Assembly: GCA_002633005.1 (NCBI GenBank)
Contig: NMRA01000112.1
Location: 1-64,000, forward strand
DNA length: 64,000 nt
Reading direction: 5' to 3'
Source: Phoronis australis
Taxonomy: Eukaryota; Animalia; Phoronida
The stretch's first letter is position 1, and each line of letters starts with the position of its first letter. Both the position numbers and the translations under genes were made by a program. Under the pieces are notes generated by a model, which worked only from the letters and a program-made list of their open reading frames with translations, was not told the DNA's origin and did no database searches. This document shows positions 38,502 through 50,027 of the stretch, piece after piece.

Positions 38502-41421
38502 ATACAACCAAAAATACTGTCAGACTATATTCTGACATTCAATTTTAGGAATCAGGAAAGGCTTATGCTGAAGAAGTGGCTTCTGCTGAAGTTGGAGACC
38601 TGCCGATTATTAGTAAAGGTTGGGTATAGAAATGTTTAAAACTAGCAAGAAGATACCCTTCTGGACAACTAAGTGGGGGGGCTGGAGGGAGGCCGAAAAG
38701 TCTACTCCTAGAAGGTGTGTCAAAGAGAATTTGTAACTTGAGGAACGAGTCGGGTAAAAAAGTATTTGCCGCAGATTACTGGCTTATACCACTGCAGGTC
38801 CAAAGTAATTTGTTGAGACAGGTCACTCTCAGCAAATGTGGGGAAACTGGGACAGAGGAAGTGGAGTATGGATTGGAAAGAAGGTTGTCAAGAATATAGC
38901 ATTGTAAAAATTCAAAGGGAGGAAACAGTACAGTGGCTGGACCTGTAAATACTCTGGCTGATCTGCTAAATCCAGTGGTGGCATTATTATGTCAGCACAG
39001 GTGTGTAGGGAAGTAGGCTTGTTTGATGTTGCAAGCCTTGTTTGCACCAGAACTGCTGTGTGAACAGCACAAATCTAAAATTTACATGGATTGAATTTTT
39101 GTCCAGTCACCGATCATGATCCTGGGCGAGTGGATTACGTTGGTACAGTCACATGGTAATGGTATATTGTTCTTTTTGTTTAGCCACTGGATTTTTGGTC
39201 TGACAGGATTTCTCAGTGTGGCCATCACATTTAGATGATTTCTGACCACTGTACTGTTTCTTTTCCTTGAAACTGCGTAATCGATTTGAAGTTATGTTTC
39301 CTCATTTTATTTATCATTATAGATTTTTGTTTGTAAATGGGTATTTATTACTGGAATTTGAGCACCTGTTGCAGTTAGGCTGTTTTTTTCACTAATCTTT
39401 CTGCCTGGGTTGTAAACCCACATTCTGTCCAGGAGGTAAAGTTTTGATTTAGACCATTTACCTCTATAAACTTTGCTTAATTTGTTCCTCATCCATACAG
39501 TTGTATGGGAAGTGATTTCCGGAATTGCAGCGAATTGACAGCTTGTTATTCCTCGACACCATACTGTGTGTATAAAATCACACACTATTAGACTGGTCTC
39601 TTGCAATTGCATATTGCCCGATTTTTCGAAATTCTGAAATTGCTCAGAAGTGACTTGGAAATAATAATACTTATTTCATGATGGTAAAATGTCTAAATCA
39701 AAAGTTGTTCTATGTAATTTTAGGCGAGTTTATGTCCACTTCAAATGATTTTTTGTTGCAGTACTGAAAACTATTGGCACATTAGCTCTGGTGGCTCCTT
39801 AGTTTTTGGCGAATTGACCATTTTATGGTTCCCATGGGTAATTTTGTTACTGCTCTAGTATGTATGTACAAATGTAATCGTACGGCAATTTTAATGCAAA
39901 CCATGTTGCAAAAGTACTTTTTTCGTGACCATTTCACTGTAAAAATGCTGTTTTATTAGAACCGACAAGCCAATTTTTCATTTTGTGGTGGTTATTTTTA
40001 ATAAGAACAGTGATGTGAAGAAGAAATTTCCAGTGTTGTCAGCGACATTGTGAAATCACTTTTTCGCAGTGAGACTGCATCACCTTAAATGTAATTCTCT
40101 GACTTATTGGTTTTGTGTGTTTGACTCTGTCCTATAGCAATTGGAGTGTTGAAAAGATCTAGAAGGCAATTTTTTATTAGAGTCATAACATTAATTTTGC
40201 ACTTTTGACTGTACAGTTATCTTTGTATTGTAGTATGAAAACATATTTTGTAGTATACAAGTCATTGGTTGGTGTTTTATATTTTATCACAAGGAATATT
40301 TTCAACTTAGATGAGTTGTCTGTGAAGTAGGCAACTTTCAAGTAAGATAAGGAATAAAATTGTCAAACATTGTATTATTTTTTTTCCAATGAGTGATTAC
40401 TTTTAAAAAAGCAGCGCAGATTTTGATGTTTACTCTTCATTTAAAGGAGAAAAAATCAATAAACCTGCATTGTCTAGAAATTGTACTCAAACTACGTATT
40501 ACAGGGTTGGGGATTGGAATCTTAATACAACGAAACATTCAGGAGGAATATACTCGTTGCAAAATATCGAAAAACATGAAGGACAATCTGATTTTACGTG
40601 CTCACGCATCGATCTCAGATATATGAAAATTTCTCATTTTAGTACATTTGAGGTGCCAAAATTTGTAACTTATGAACTAGCTGACGAAGCTTTTATTTTA
40701 TGCAATGAAAGTAACATGTTTTGTCAACATTTTGGCAAGTTTCATTCTCATAGCAGTGGGGACAGATTTGGTACAGCAGTGTACTGAACATAACCCCAAA
40801 ATGGCATAACGGGGGGGGGGCAGTGTAGTAAAACTACTAAATGATGGTGGTAAATCGGAATCAAGACATCTGTGTAACAATCTATAGGCACCACTAAACA
40901 ATGCCAAGCGAATGATAGTTCAATAGCTTTCATTCAAGGAAAAATATATACAGCTAAAACTGGACAGTTTTCATACCGTGAAAACACGGCTGCGAAGCCG
41001 TAATATGTGTTTGAGCCTATAACTTTGGTAAAACGTAATATTTTGAGAAAATATTTTACCACTGTTTATAGATCCCATAGGACTACCTGTGTGCCCAATT
41101 TGGTGAAAATCAGCTGACCCCCACCTTGCCGCTGGATGGCTGGTGCTCTCGTGGACTAGTACTTAACACTTACATGTAACAGATAACACGTACAGCGACT
41201 AACTCGATGAAAGCAAGTAAATGCTATGAATTCAGTCGCTTTGAAATGACAGTCAGTCAATCGCGTGATCACGCTAGAGAATAACGAGAAAATGATTTTG
41301 CCGTGATGTCACAGACTTACGCTTCTTTCTCTTAAGCAAGACCCGTATGTAAATTATTTCACTTAAACCTGCTATGAACCATCTTACTGTCGCAAAATCC
41401 AACTTTTGCTTTAGACCAGTT

Positions 41422-41668
41422 CATGCGCGCACCCAGGAGGGGCTCGAGGGGTTCGAACGAGCCCCTCCCCCCATTTGGCGAAGTGGGCAAAAAGGTCCGC
41501 CCCTGAGAATCAAAAAGTCCGAGAAAATTGGACAAAAGTCCACTAAATATGCAATTCACAGTGGAGCTCCCGGTTTTTTTTTATTTAGTCCGCCCGCTCT
41601 TTTGTTAGCTAAAGGTCCACAACGTCAAGAATTCGAGCCCCCCATATTGAACGCTGGGTGCGCGCATG
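41422..41668. mobile_element. 247-bp MITE with 15-bp TIR and 5-bp TSD downstream of copy B
   Basis: CATGCGCGCACCCAG / CTGGGTGCGCGCATG; TSD CAGTT at 41417-41421 and 41669-41673; absent from the paralogous copy C flank (~49705-49726). Confidence 0.85.
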
Positions 41669-41998
41669 CAGTTACCGTATCTTAATTGTTCCTCAGTCAA
41701 ACTAAATATTACTTCAAGCTTGGAAAATCTGGCGGTTCGTTATTGCTGTAGACTGACCAGGCCCTACAAGATGGATTGTCACGGCGTGTCACTTTATCTA
41801 CTAAGAGCACGGTCTTAAGGAATAATTAGATATCAGTTTGTTCCAAGTCCATGCAGAAGTCACTTTTCATCTGAACACGGGACGACATCATACCAGTTCT
41901 ATAGCGGTAACTGCTCTAAATCAAAACACGTTTTCTTTGACGGGACGTGGGTTTATATCCGCTTCATCTAAACCGCGGTCTTGTTTTAACCATGGTCG

Positions 41999-44900
41999 TC
42001 ACTTGGTCTCCACCGGAAATGCTATGGCCACCATTTTCTTTACCCATTCAGATTTATCAAGACTATCAAGCATAAAGCGCGTCACATCGGCTCTGGAAAC
42101 TGGTCCTCTAGCGTCCGGTACGTAGTAACTCTCGTATGTAGCAAAATCCTTTTCTGAAAATAGTAAATAGGCGTTCGACAAAAAGTAAACAACCAATGGG
42201 TTAGTTTTGTTTACGATTAATGAAGAAATAGAAATTGAACACTAACTAACGATGATTACCCCCTCCCGCGTAGCACTTTGTTCAGCAGAAAATTGAAAAC
42301 GTGCGATGTACCTGTGACAGGTCCATTCGACAAGCCGGGTGGTCGTACGACCGTGTAGTCTAGATCCTGACACTCCTTCTCCAGAAATGCTTCCATCTCC
42401 GCCATGTTTGCCAAATTGCGTCCAATGACCACGGGTTTAAAGAAGTATTCTATGAACCACGGGGTGTTTGGCGTGTCTGTAAATGAGGACGAACAATAAA
42501 AGAGAAGATTTAATGAGAGGTCACTTACTCTGAACCCATAAATAGGCGTGGAACGCGAAAGCTCGTCAAAATATCTTTAAAAAATAATTCCTGCCGAAAG
42601 TACCATCTCGCAACGTCTGCTACAGAGTTACTCACTACTGAGGGAATTTTCGGAAAAAAATCACCAAATTCACGATTTTTGAAATACGCGCTGTGGAAAA
42701 ACTCTGTGGTCACCACATAATGATAAATGCCACATGCGCTCACAGTCATTCGACAAACCACTGACTGACAAAATGGATATTAATTACTGATTATCATGTG
42801 TGATCACGCTCAGATTCTGAGGTCGACAGCACAGTATGAGGCAAGCCAGTGAAGCAAGCGATTTCCCAAAAAGAATTCCTTGTGCATTATAGAATGTATT
42901 CCAATAGTACAATACCTTTATAAGTAATTTTAAACAGTTAGGACTTACATCAATTGCTTTTTAATCGGACTGGATGCTGCTTGAAATCGCCATTTTTTAC
43001 ATCAAAGGTCAAAAGTCACATTTCCCATGTTAGGAAAATGTGCTACGTCTATGTCTTGTCATACCAAATAAGAACACGTGCTTTTTCCTTGAGGGAGAAA
43101 AACTGACGAAGTGACGTCCAGTTGACATATTGTTTTCTTGAAATTTGAAACTAAAAGAAAGAAGCTGTGACACCAACAGAAATTCAGACTTTTTACGAAT
43201 ATAGCGTAAAAATACATAGTGAAAAGGTTTAATTCTGTCTCAGTGACAAAGAACCACTTCGAACAATGCAGTTTAGTCTATTAGTCTATTTTTTGCGTTC
43301 CAGGCCGCATTAAAAGTTCATAAACATCTTGGTTGATGGAAATTACATTGCAAAGGTCCGTAGCACGTGTTCTGGCCACGAAAATCACCAAGACAATTTC
43401 TATGAAAAGTGTACATACATGTAACATGTGTGTACCTTGGTATACGAACGAGAGACGTTACACCTGTCTGTTATAAAAAAGGATCATTCCCGCAAATTTG
43501 CGAAAAAAAGTTCATGAAACAAATCGTAACACGAAATTTTAGATCTTTCCATCAAACCATCTCAAAATAAAAAAATGTGGTAATTTTTTACTTTTAGTTT
43601 TCGAATTACTGGTGGCCAACCATAGCATTAAAAGACATATGCGCAATCCATTCAAACTTTTGAAAATGTGCACGAAAACAACACCAGGTTCGTACACTTG
43701 GAGATCTAGCATGTCGTAATAGGGGAGTGTACAACTGTAATGTGAGATGTAAAAAATGCTAGCATAGTCCCTAAGAAGGCATGCCGGAGGTGTTTTCTGG
43801 TTTTTCTTGTCGTGACCGGAGAGAAGAGCGGGCCCTTGCGTCCACTCCAAACGTGCTTATGGAGAAGCTCCAGAAACCACTAAGCAAATAAAGAACTTTT
43901 GCAAGATAAAAAGCAAGGTGATTTTTTTACCCATAGTGATCTGGTTAGAGTTCAGTCTAGCTAGAAAAGCAAGATCTCCATAGATTCAACGAGCTATCGA
44001 TGTTTATTTTCAATGAGAGCATGTGATTTTTTAGAATTTCTCGCCGCTAGACAGTTACTGAACTCGATCCTGGGATGCATTTTTTCGACACAAGAACCTC
44101 GCGAAAATACAAGTCTTCCCGAGACATCGTCATACATTGCAAGCGAAGCACATGATCATACTAGCCTTACTAGTTAGTCATGCGTCTATGCAATGCAGCC
44201 CCGGGAATACGTCTGGGTGGTTTAAAACGTGTAGGGCTACAAACCTTATGTGATGTCACAAGATGGCGATTTTATCCTATTTTGACGCACTTGCTCTTGC
44301 TTGCCCTTCCATCCTCCGGGACGGCAACATTGATAGTGAGTCAGTGCTGGATTATCCATGATTAAGCTAACCAAGCTAAACTAAGCTAAAGCTTACAACA
44401 GAGGGGGGGGGGCGAAAGACAACTAAGTACCAGAACCCCAAACTTTGTATAGCTTATGCCCCAAAGAAACCTTAGCCCTTCAACTGTGCGGGTATGTGGA
44501 ATTGGTTGCCAGTGACCGAAAGCGGGGGGTCGGAAATAGCTATTGGGTGTGAAAATATGGCGAGGACGGGGGACAGAGGTGACAAAGTTAAAATTTTAAG
44601 AGCACCGAATAACTTTTATGATTGTAGGGCTGTTGTCCAGGTTTTCCGCTGAAAGTAACCCCAAACGAGCTCCGATAGGGAGATGATAAATACATGTGTA
44701 TCCAGTACAAGAAAACCATGATCCTGAGTGGACGCTTTAAAAGTTATGTCATGGTTTACACTTACAGACAGTGGCCCAAGATGAAATGACAATTACTCTC
44801 TTGATGGCGTTCGTGCGCATGGCTGCCACGATAGGTTTTATTGTGTCCGTGTGGAGTGTTATTTTACCAAAAATGGGTAACGCTGGCTTAGCACCGAGGG

Positions 44901-47004
44901 CGATCAAAATAGCCTCTTGTCCAGTAAACGCTTTGGTGAGATCATCCTCGGACGTGAGATCTGCTTTTATTACCTGTGAAAAAAGAGGAGACGAGATGCA
45001 GTATTTAAAAACCAACGTCCAAAAGAGTGAATACAGGGTGGCTGACGAGAACTTGAACTACATGTACGCACTACACCCGGGGTACGTTCTGCTGAGCAAA
45101 TTTCTTGACAGCTTAGCAGGATACCACGTAAGATTATAATGCATGAGGCAGTTTAATGTTTCGCGACTATCAGCTCGTGACCTTATAATTAGTAAGGTAC
45201 ACTAGCAAAATTGTCGCCATTTCAGTGATTAATCGGCGAGTCAAGAAGCAATAAGTAAGCAGACTCTAGTTTCCTTTTCATAAACCTCGATTTCTAGCCA
45301 AAGTGTTTTGGAAATATCTTACGCACCCCGTAACCTCCCCGCACTCGAAAGCTCTGTGCACTCCACATCTCCCGATGGTCGTCAGTTTCAGCAACTTATT
45401 ATCGAGATTGCAATTTGAGGTGTATTGCTCTGCTGAGACTGTGACGGGATTCCGATCTGCGGATGGTCACCGAAAGGGCATAGAACTTAAAATCGAACTA
45501 AATTGCAGTATTCACAGGGGTTCTATCAACTTTTCTGCCATTGAAACAGAGGTCAAACTGATCCCCATGAGGCATTTTTCGGTTTGTTCGTAAAGATTTT
45601 AAATTTCTGAGGATGTCAAAGTATTTTCTCTTTAGTTTCAAATTTCAAAAAAAAACTGATCTGTCAACTGTTCGTCACTTCGTCGATTTTCCCACAAGGT
45701 AAAACACGTCTCCTGACTTGATACGGCAAGAAATAGACTTTGCACATTCCCTTATATGGAATATATAACCTTTGACCTTTGATGTAAACAGACCAATGGC
45801 TGTTTCAAGCACCAGCCAGTTCGACTTTTTGAGCGCATACACGCATGTATATATTTTTTTCCCGCGCATATATACATCTGCTAAGCGCGGAGAATTTGAA
45901 AAGTTGATTGGAAAAATCAATTTAATATTTCGTCTAAACAGTGATTCTGACGATTATTCCTAGATATTCCTGCAATATTCAAAGTGAATAACTGTCATCC
46001 CCGGCCAAGAAGTAGATTTACAACAATCTGTTTAAAAGGTAGTTTACGAGGTTTCGCGTTTCACGCTTCTTTAAGAAATATAGGAGTTTTCGAGTTTTTA
46101 TTTAAAACAGTGTTCTTCGAAGGATTCGGCTATTCGCGATCTCGCTACCACTTGGTAGTGTTTATTTGCTCTGTTGGTTCGGGACATTTCTTTGCATTAT
46201 ACGACTGGTACGTGAACAGAACGTGAGGTAGTAAGCCTGTCCAGTGCCTAGCAGGTGTGGTAAAGATAAAAAATACAATGCAAGCACTTGACTTAAAGTG
46301 TAACGCGTTATTCAAAGACCGTAATGTGGCTAGACAGAAGCTCTGGTGTCCCAAAATGTACCCAAAATGATTCTGCAGACTGTAGCCTACTAACAGAAAA
46401 CTCTGTCTTCGAAGCGATGTCACCGACGCCTTAGTCTTCCCGGTCCCCAGAGGTTACGTTTACCCACCCAAAACAATACCATTAATATCGCAAAATCCTC
46501 ACCCGAGACAACACCTCAGAGGCAAAAAGTAGCCACCCATCCCTGACAGAGCCTCTTTTATATTTATGAAAGCTCTCGGTGCAGCCCCTGCAAATGTACA
46601 AATTTTCAGAGCAGAAAACAGATTCAGTGTCTGTTTTACAACTGACCTAGTTTACAGATGATAACCTATATGAATTTGAGGCGAGGAAGTAAACGACTAG
46701 CTCTGTTCAAGTGCAACCTTTTACGTATCAGTAGGCCTACATGCATTTAAATATCTTAGAACTGCAGGAACGGAACCCAGTCCCCCTAAAGATGCATGAC
46801 CACGACATAGTAACTGTCCGTGTGTGATGTTGTTTAAAACTAAGTCTAAATGAACAAGCCTCAAACCTGCAGTCGATCGTGTTCCATGTGTTCCAGTTTC
46901 TCCGGATTTCGCACGATGGCAGTAACACTGTGTCCCCTCTCCAAAGACTGGGCAACAAGCTGCAGACCCGAAGGTCCTGTAGCTCCCAATACAGCCACCT
47001 TCAT
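41999..47004 (-). CDS. BLVRB-like: Flavin reductase (NADPH)/BLVRB-like atypical SDR, copy B; exons 46867-47004, 44766-44973, 42312-42476, 41999-42153; 221 aa
   Basis: MKVAVLGATGPSGLQLVAQSLERGHSVTAIVRNPEK... / VIKADLTSEDDL...ISSWATV / YTPNTPWF...YTVVRPPGLSNGPVT / EKDFATYESYYVPDARGPVSRADVTRFML...PVETK*. Exons 138+208+165+155 = 666 nt, all introns GT-AG, no stops or frameshifts. Confidence 0.92.
42965..43199 (+). repeat. Interspersed repeat in intron 2 of copy B; inverted copy at 45587-45824 in intron 1
   Basis: TTTACATCAAAGGTCAAA, GACGAAGTGACG, CAGTTGACA and TTGAAATTTGAAACTAAA match the reverse complement of 45587-45824. Confidence 0.75.
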
Positions 47005-47889
47005 TACTCGTCTATTCCAGCTGGATGTGCAGTTCTAAATCAAATGTCGACGCTCCCCCTGCCCGCTAGGCACGGTGTGTGTGTGTGTGTATAGCCGTCT
47101 GGACGTGTTGCGTGTGGCGCAACCCTGAGTCATGATTTTCTATAACCTCTGAGCCCGGTGAACTATCGAATCCGCGCTTGCATAACTTGCGTTACGGAAC
47201 CTTCAACATTTCTTATCACAGATTCGTGATAGCAGTTTTTACATAAATCAAATTATGAGTTTAAATAACTCGTTGCTTTTACTGACACTTCGCATATCAT
47301 AACTGTATGCACGATGCGAGAACCCTTGTTCTAGCCGTGTTCCTGTTTTTTAATCAGTCCTCAAACAATATGACAACGAGAGCAAAAAACAATAAACCTA
47401 TTTCTACCCCAGTGATTACAACAAATTTCGTTCAGTTGCTCGGAAGTATTACCCGTCAATCGCTTCTGATCACCGTTTCAGTTGACATGCTGTGCTAAAT
47501 CAGTATGAGTAAACTTAGAATACACTAGGAAACTTGAAGTTCACTCAAATAATCACGTTCACGTTGAAAAAATTTGCAATGCACTAAAGTAAATCACACA
47601 AATTTTAACCACTATTACTGTTGTTTTTGCAACTATTATTGATCTTATTCAAATAACAGTAATTGATCGAACATTTGCATAGTGTCCGATTCGGTGACAC
47701 AATTTCCGTAAACGAGAAAATGTGTAATCGTCGGGGTCAGCAATTAGAAAAAAATACAATGAACAAAAAAATTCACCCCATTACTTTACACAATTTTGAG
47801 ATTAAGTAGAATTCCAAGTTCACGCAGAGAAGACACACAAACAAAGCTCACTGACCGTCGGTCACTTCACCATAGTAGCCTACACTCTG

Positions 47890-47924
47890 GTACCCGCGGC
47901 AGATTATTATTCTGCCGCGGGTAC
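47890..47924. repeat. Perfect GC-rich hairpin (14-bp stem, 7-nt loop)
   Basis: GTACCCGCGGCAGA-TTATTAT-TCTGCCGCGGGTAC. Confidence 0.9.
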
Positions 47925-50027
47925 TAGTTATCATTATTGTGGCCATTTTGTGGCGAGCGTGCAGCTGCCGACCTGGGTTGACCAAAAACACTCGAGAGAC
48001 AAGCTAGTGTGATTACATGATTATCGTTTCCTCCAAACCGATATATATGGAAAACTTACGTGATCTTGCGTTTTTACGAGTTTCTTGCGTCTACGGAGTA
48101 CAACCGTTGAGACCACGGATGAAAGCTAAGTCAAAGGAGTCTGTAACGCTAGCATAGCTAATCCCTCATGGAAGTCAATCCACGTAAATCTCGTACAGTA
48201 TCTCAATACTTGTACTGAGGTTGAACACAGTCCATATGTCTAATATTTTTCTTGACAGTAAGAGGAATTCTCTGAAAATTCCAAGCCTTGGAGAAAATAA
48301 CTAGTCACGTATTTAGTTAGATTTTTCATTCTCTGATACACATTAAAAATATCGGAAATTCGGGCAGGGGAGCATAGTACCAAAAAAAAAACTTGCAGAA
48401 GCCGCATCGAAAGATAATTAGTTTAAAACGGGAATACAGTGAGTCACAGTCACGCGGGAGAAGTATTTTAGGTAAAATTTCAAATTGTCCAAAAAATCAG
48501 ACAAAATGTTCATAAAATGCCGCTACATCAAGAATTGCAGCTCAAACAATCAAGAATATGAGAAATAAATCCATACAATAGCAATGACCGGAATTATTTA
48601 GAAGAATGAAAATTTGAATTGCCAAGCTTCCGACAACTGTTTGTGAATAATTCCCAATAGCGTCATAATGGCAAAATTGTGGGTAAATTTCGCCCGAAAA
48701 GAACAGTATTTCTCCTGAAGATCGTTATTTGGAAAGCATTATTTATGAAAGATGGAGTTTTCATGAGATAGTACCAGTGTGGATTGATTTTTTAGTATTT
48801 TCTGTAAGTTTTACCAACATGTTTCAAGGTCCTCAAAGAACAGACGGGCGTAAAATGAGATTTCAAACAATTAAACCTCAACAGGATACCACGACCGACT
48901 TCACTTTAACATGCCAAAATTCTGAAAGTTTCTTTGGGTAGGCTTCAAAACCCCCGAGAGAAACCTCGACTACAATCAAGCTACCCGCATCGAAGGCCCA
49001 CGTTCCAGCATTTGTGCTTTCGTCCTCTAGAATTACTAACCCGGAAGACATTACCAGGAAGAACAACGTTGTCATAGCCTGCGATACCTTCAAGTCGCAC
49101 TACTGGAGTCCACCACTGCACAAAGCCAATAACTAACTATCAGGTCTCCCAAAGTTCGAAAATTGGCCTCCACTCTCAAAAAGAAACGACCTGGCACCAC
49201 TTAATTTGTGGTATCGGTGGTCTCCTTCAAAAGGTGGCGCTACTGGGTGAGAACGGATGTTTCGTATCTGTACTTTCATAATTTGACAAGCGCATAACAC
49301 AAACAACACAAACATGTTAAAAAAGACTATTTTTATTTGTAGTAGGTGAGTTGCCAAATATTTACATACGTAGAAAGCTCAACAATCGTTTAGCACACAA
49401 CACGATAACATGTATGGGAACAAACTCTAGATGACAGCAAGTAAATGGTATGAATTCAGTTTCAAATGACGGTTAGTCAATCGCCACTTTGGCAAGATCA
49501 CGGTCAGTGATTATGAGAAACTGACTTTGCAGTTGACTTTCTCAAGTCATGTGACACAGCGATTGCGAATTTTTAGTTGAATCCTGTTTTTATCACTCAA
49601 GTCCGACGACAGCACGGGACAGAACGAGGATTCGTTGGAACAGGGTTTAGTCGTATTCTAACGCTGCTATGAACCCCCTTTCCGTCGCCAAAACCCAGCT
49701 TTTGATTTAGACCACCTACAGTTACCAAATTCATTTAAGTTGTTCCTTAGTCAAACTTGACTACATATCCCAGCAGGCAGTTTTTACTGCTCAAGACCAG
49801 GCCCTACAAGATGGATTGTCACGGCGTGTCATTTCATGCACCGAACATAGTCTCACGTAATAACAGTTCTTTCAAAGCCAAGGCAAAAATCACATCTCAT
49901 CTGGACAAGGAACAAATTGATACTAGTTCTACGGCGGTAAGTGGTCTAAATCAAAACTCACTTTCTTTGACAGAACATAGGTTTATATCCGCGTCATCTC
50001 AACGCCGGTCTGTTTTAACAGTGGTCG

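Larger units (their letters stand above)
36254..41158. mobile_element. ~4.9-kb degenerate DNA transposon with (T/C)AGTCCACG...CGTGGACTA termini (Academ-like)
   Basis: Imperfect TIRs AGTCCACG...GGCAAGGTGGGGG(G)TCAGC versus GCTGACCCCCACCTTGCC...CGTGGACTA. The flanks join in the paralogous 3' flank of copy C (~49373-49480). No clear TSD. Confidence 0.6.

Noticed and set aside
44771-45139. Plus-strand ORFs overlapping exons (also 46850, 51471, 54834, 60629, 60642)
   Set aside because: Antisense shadows of the real minus-strand exons.
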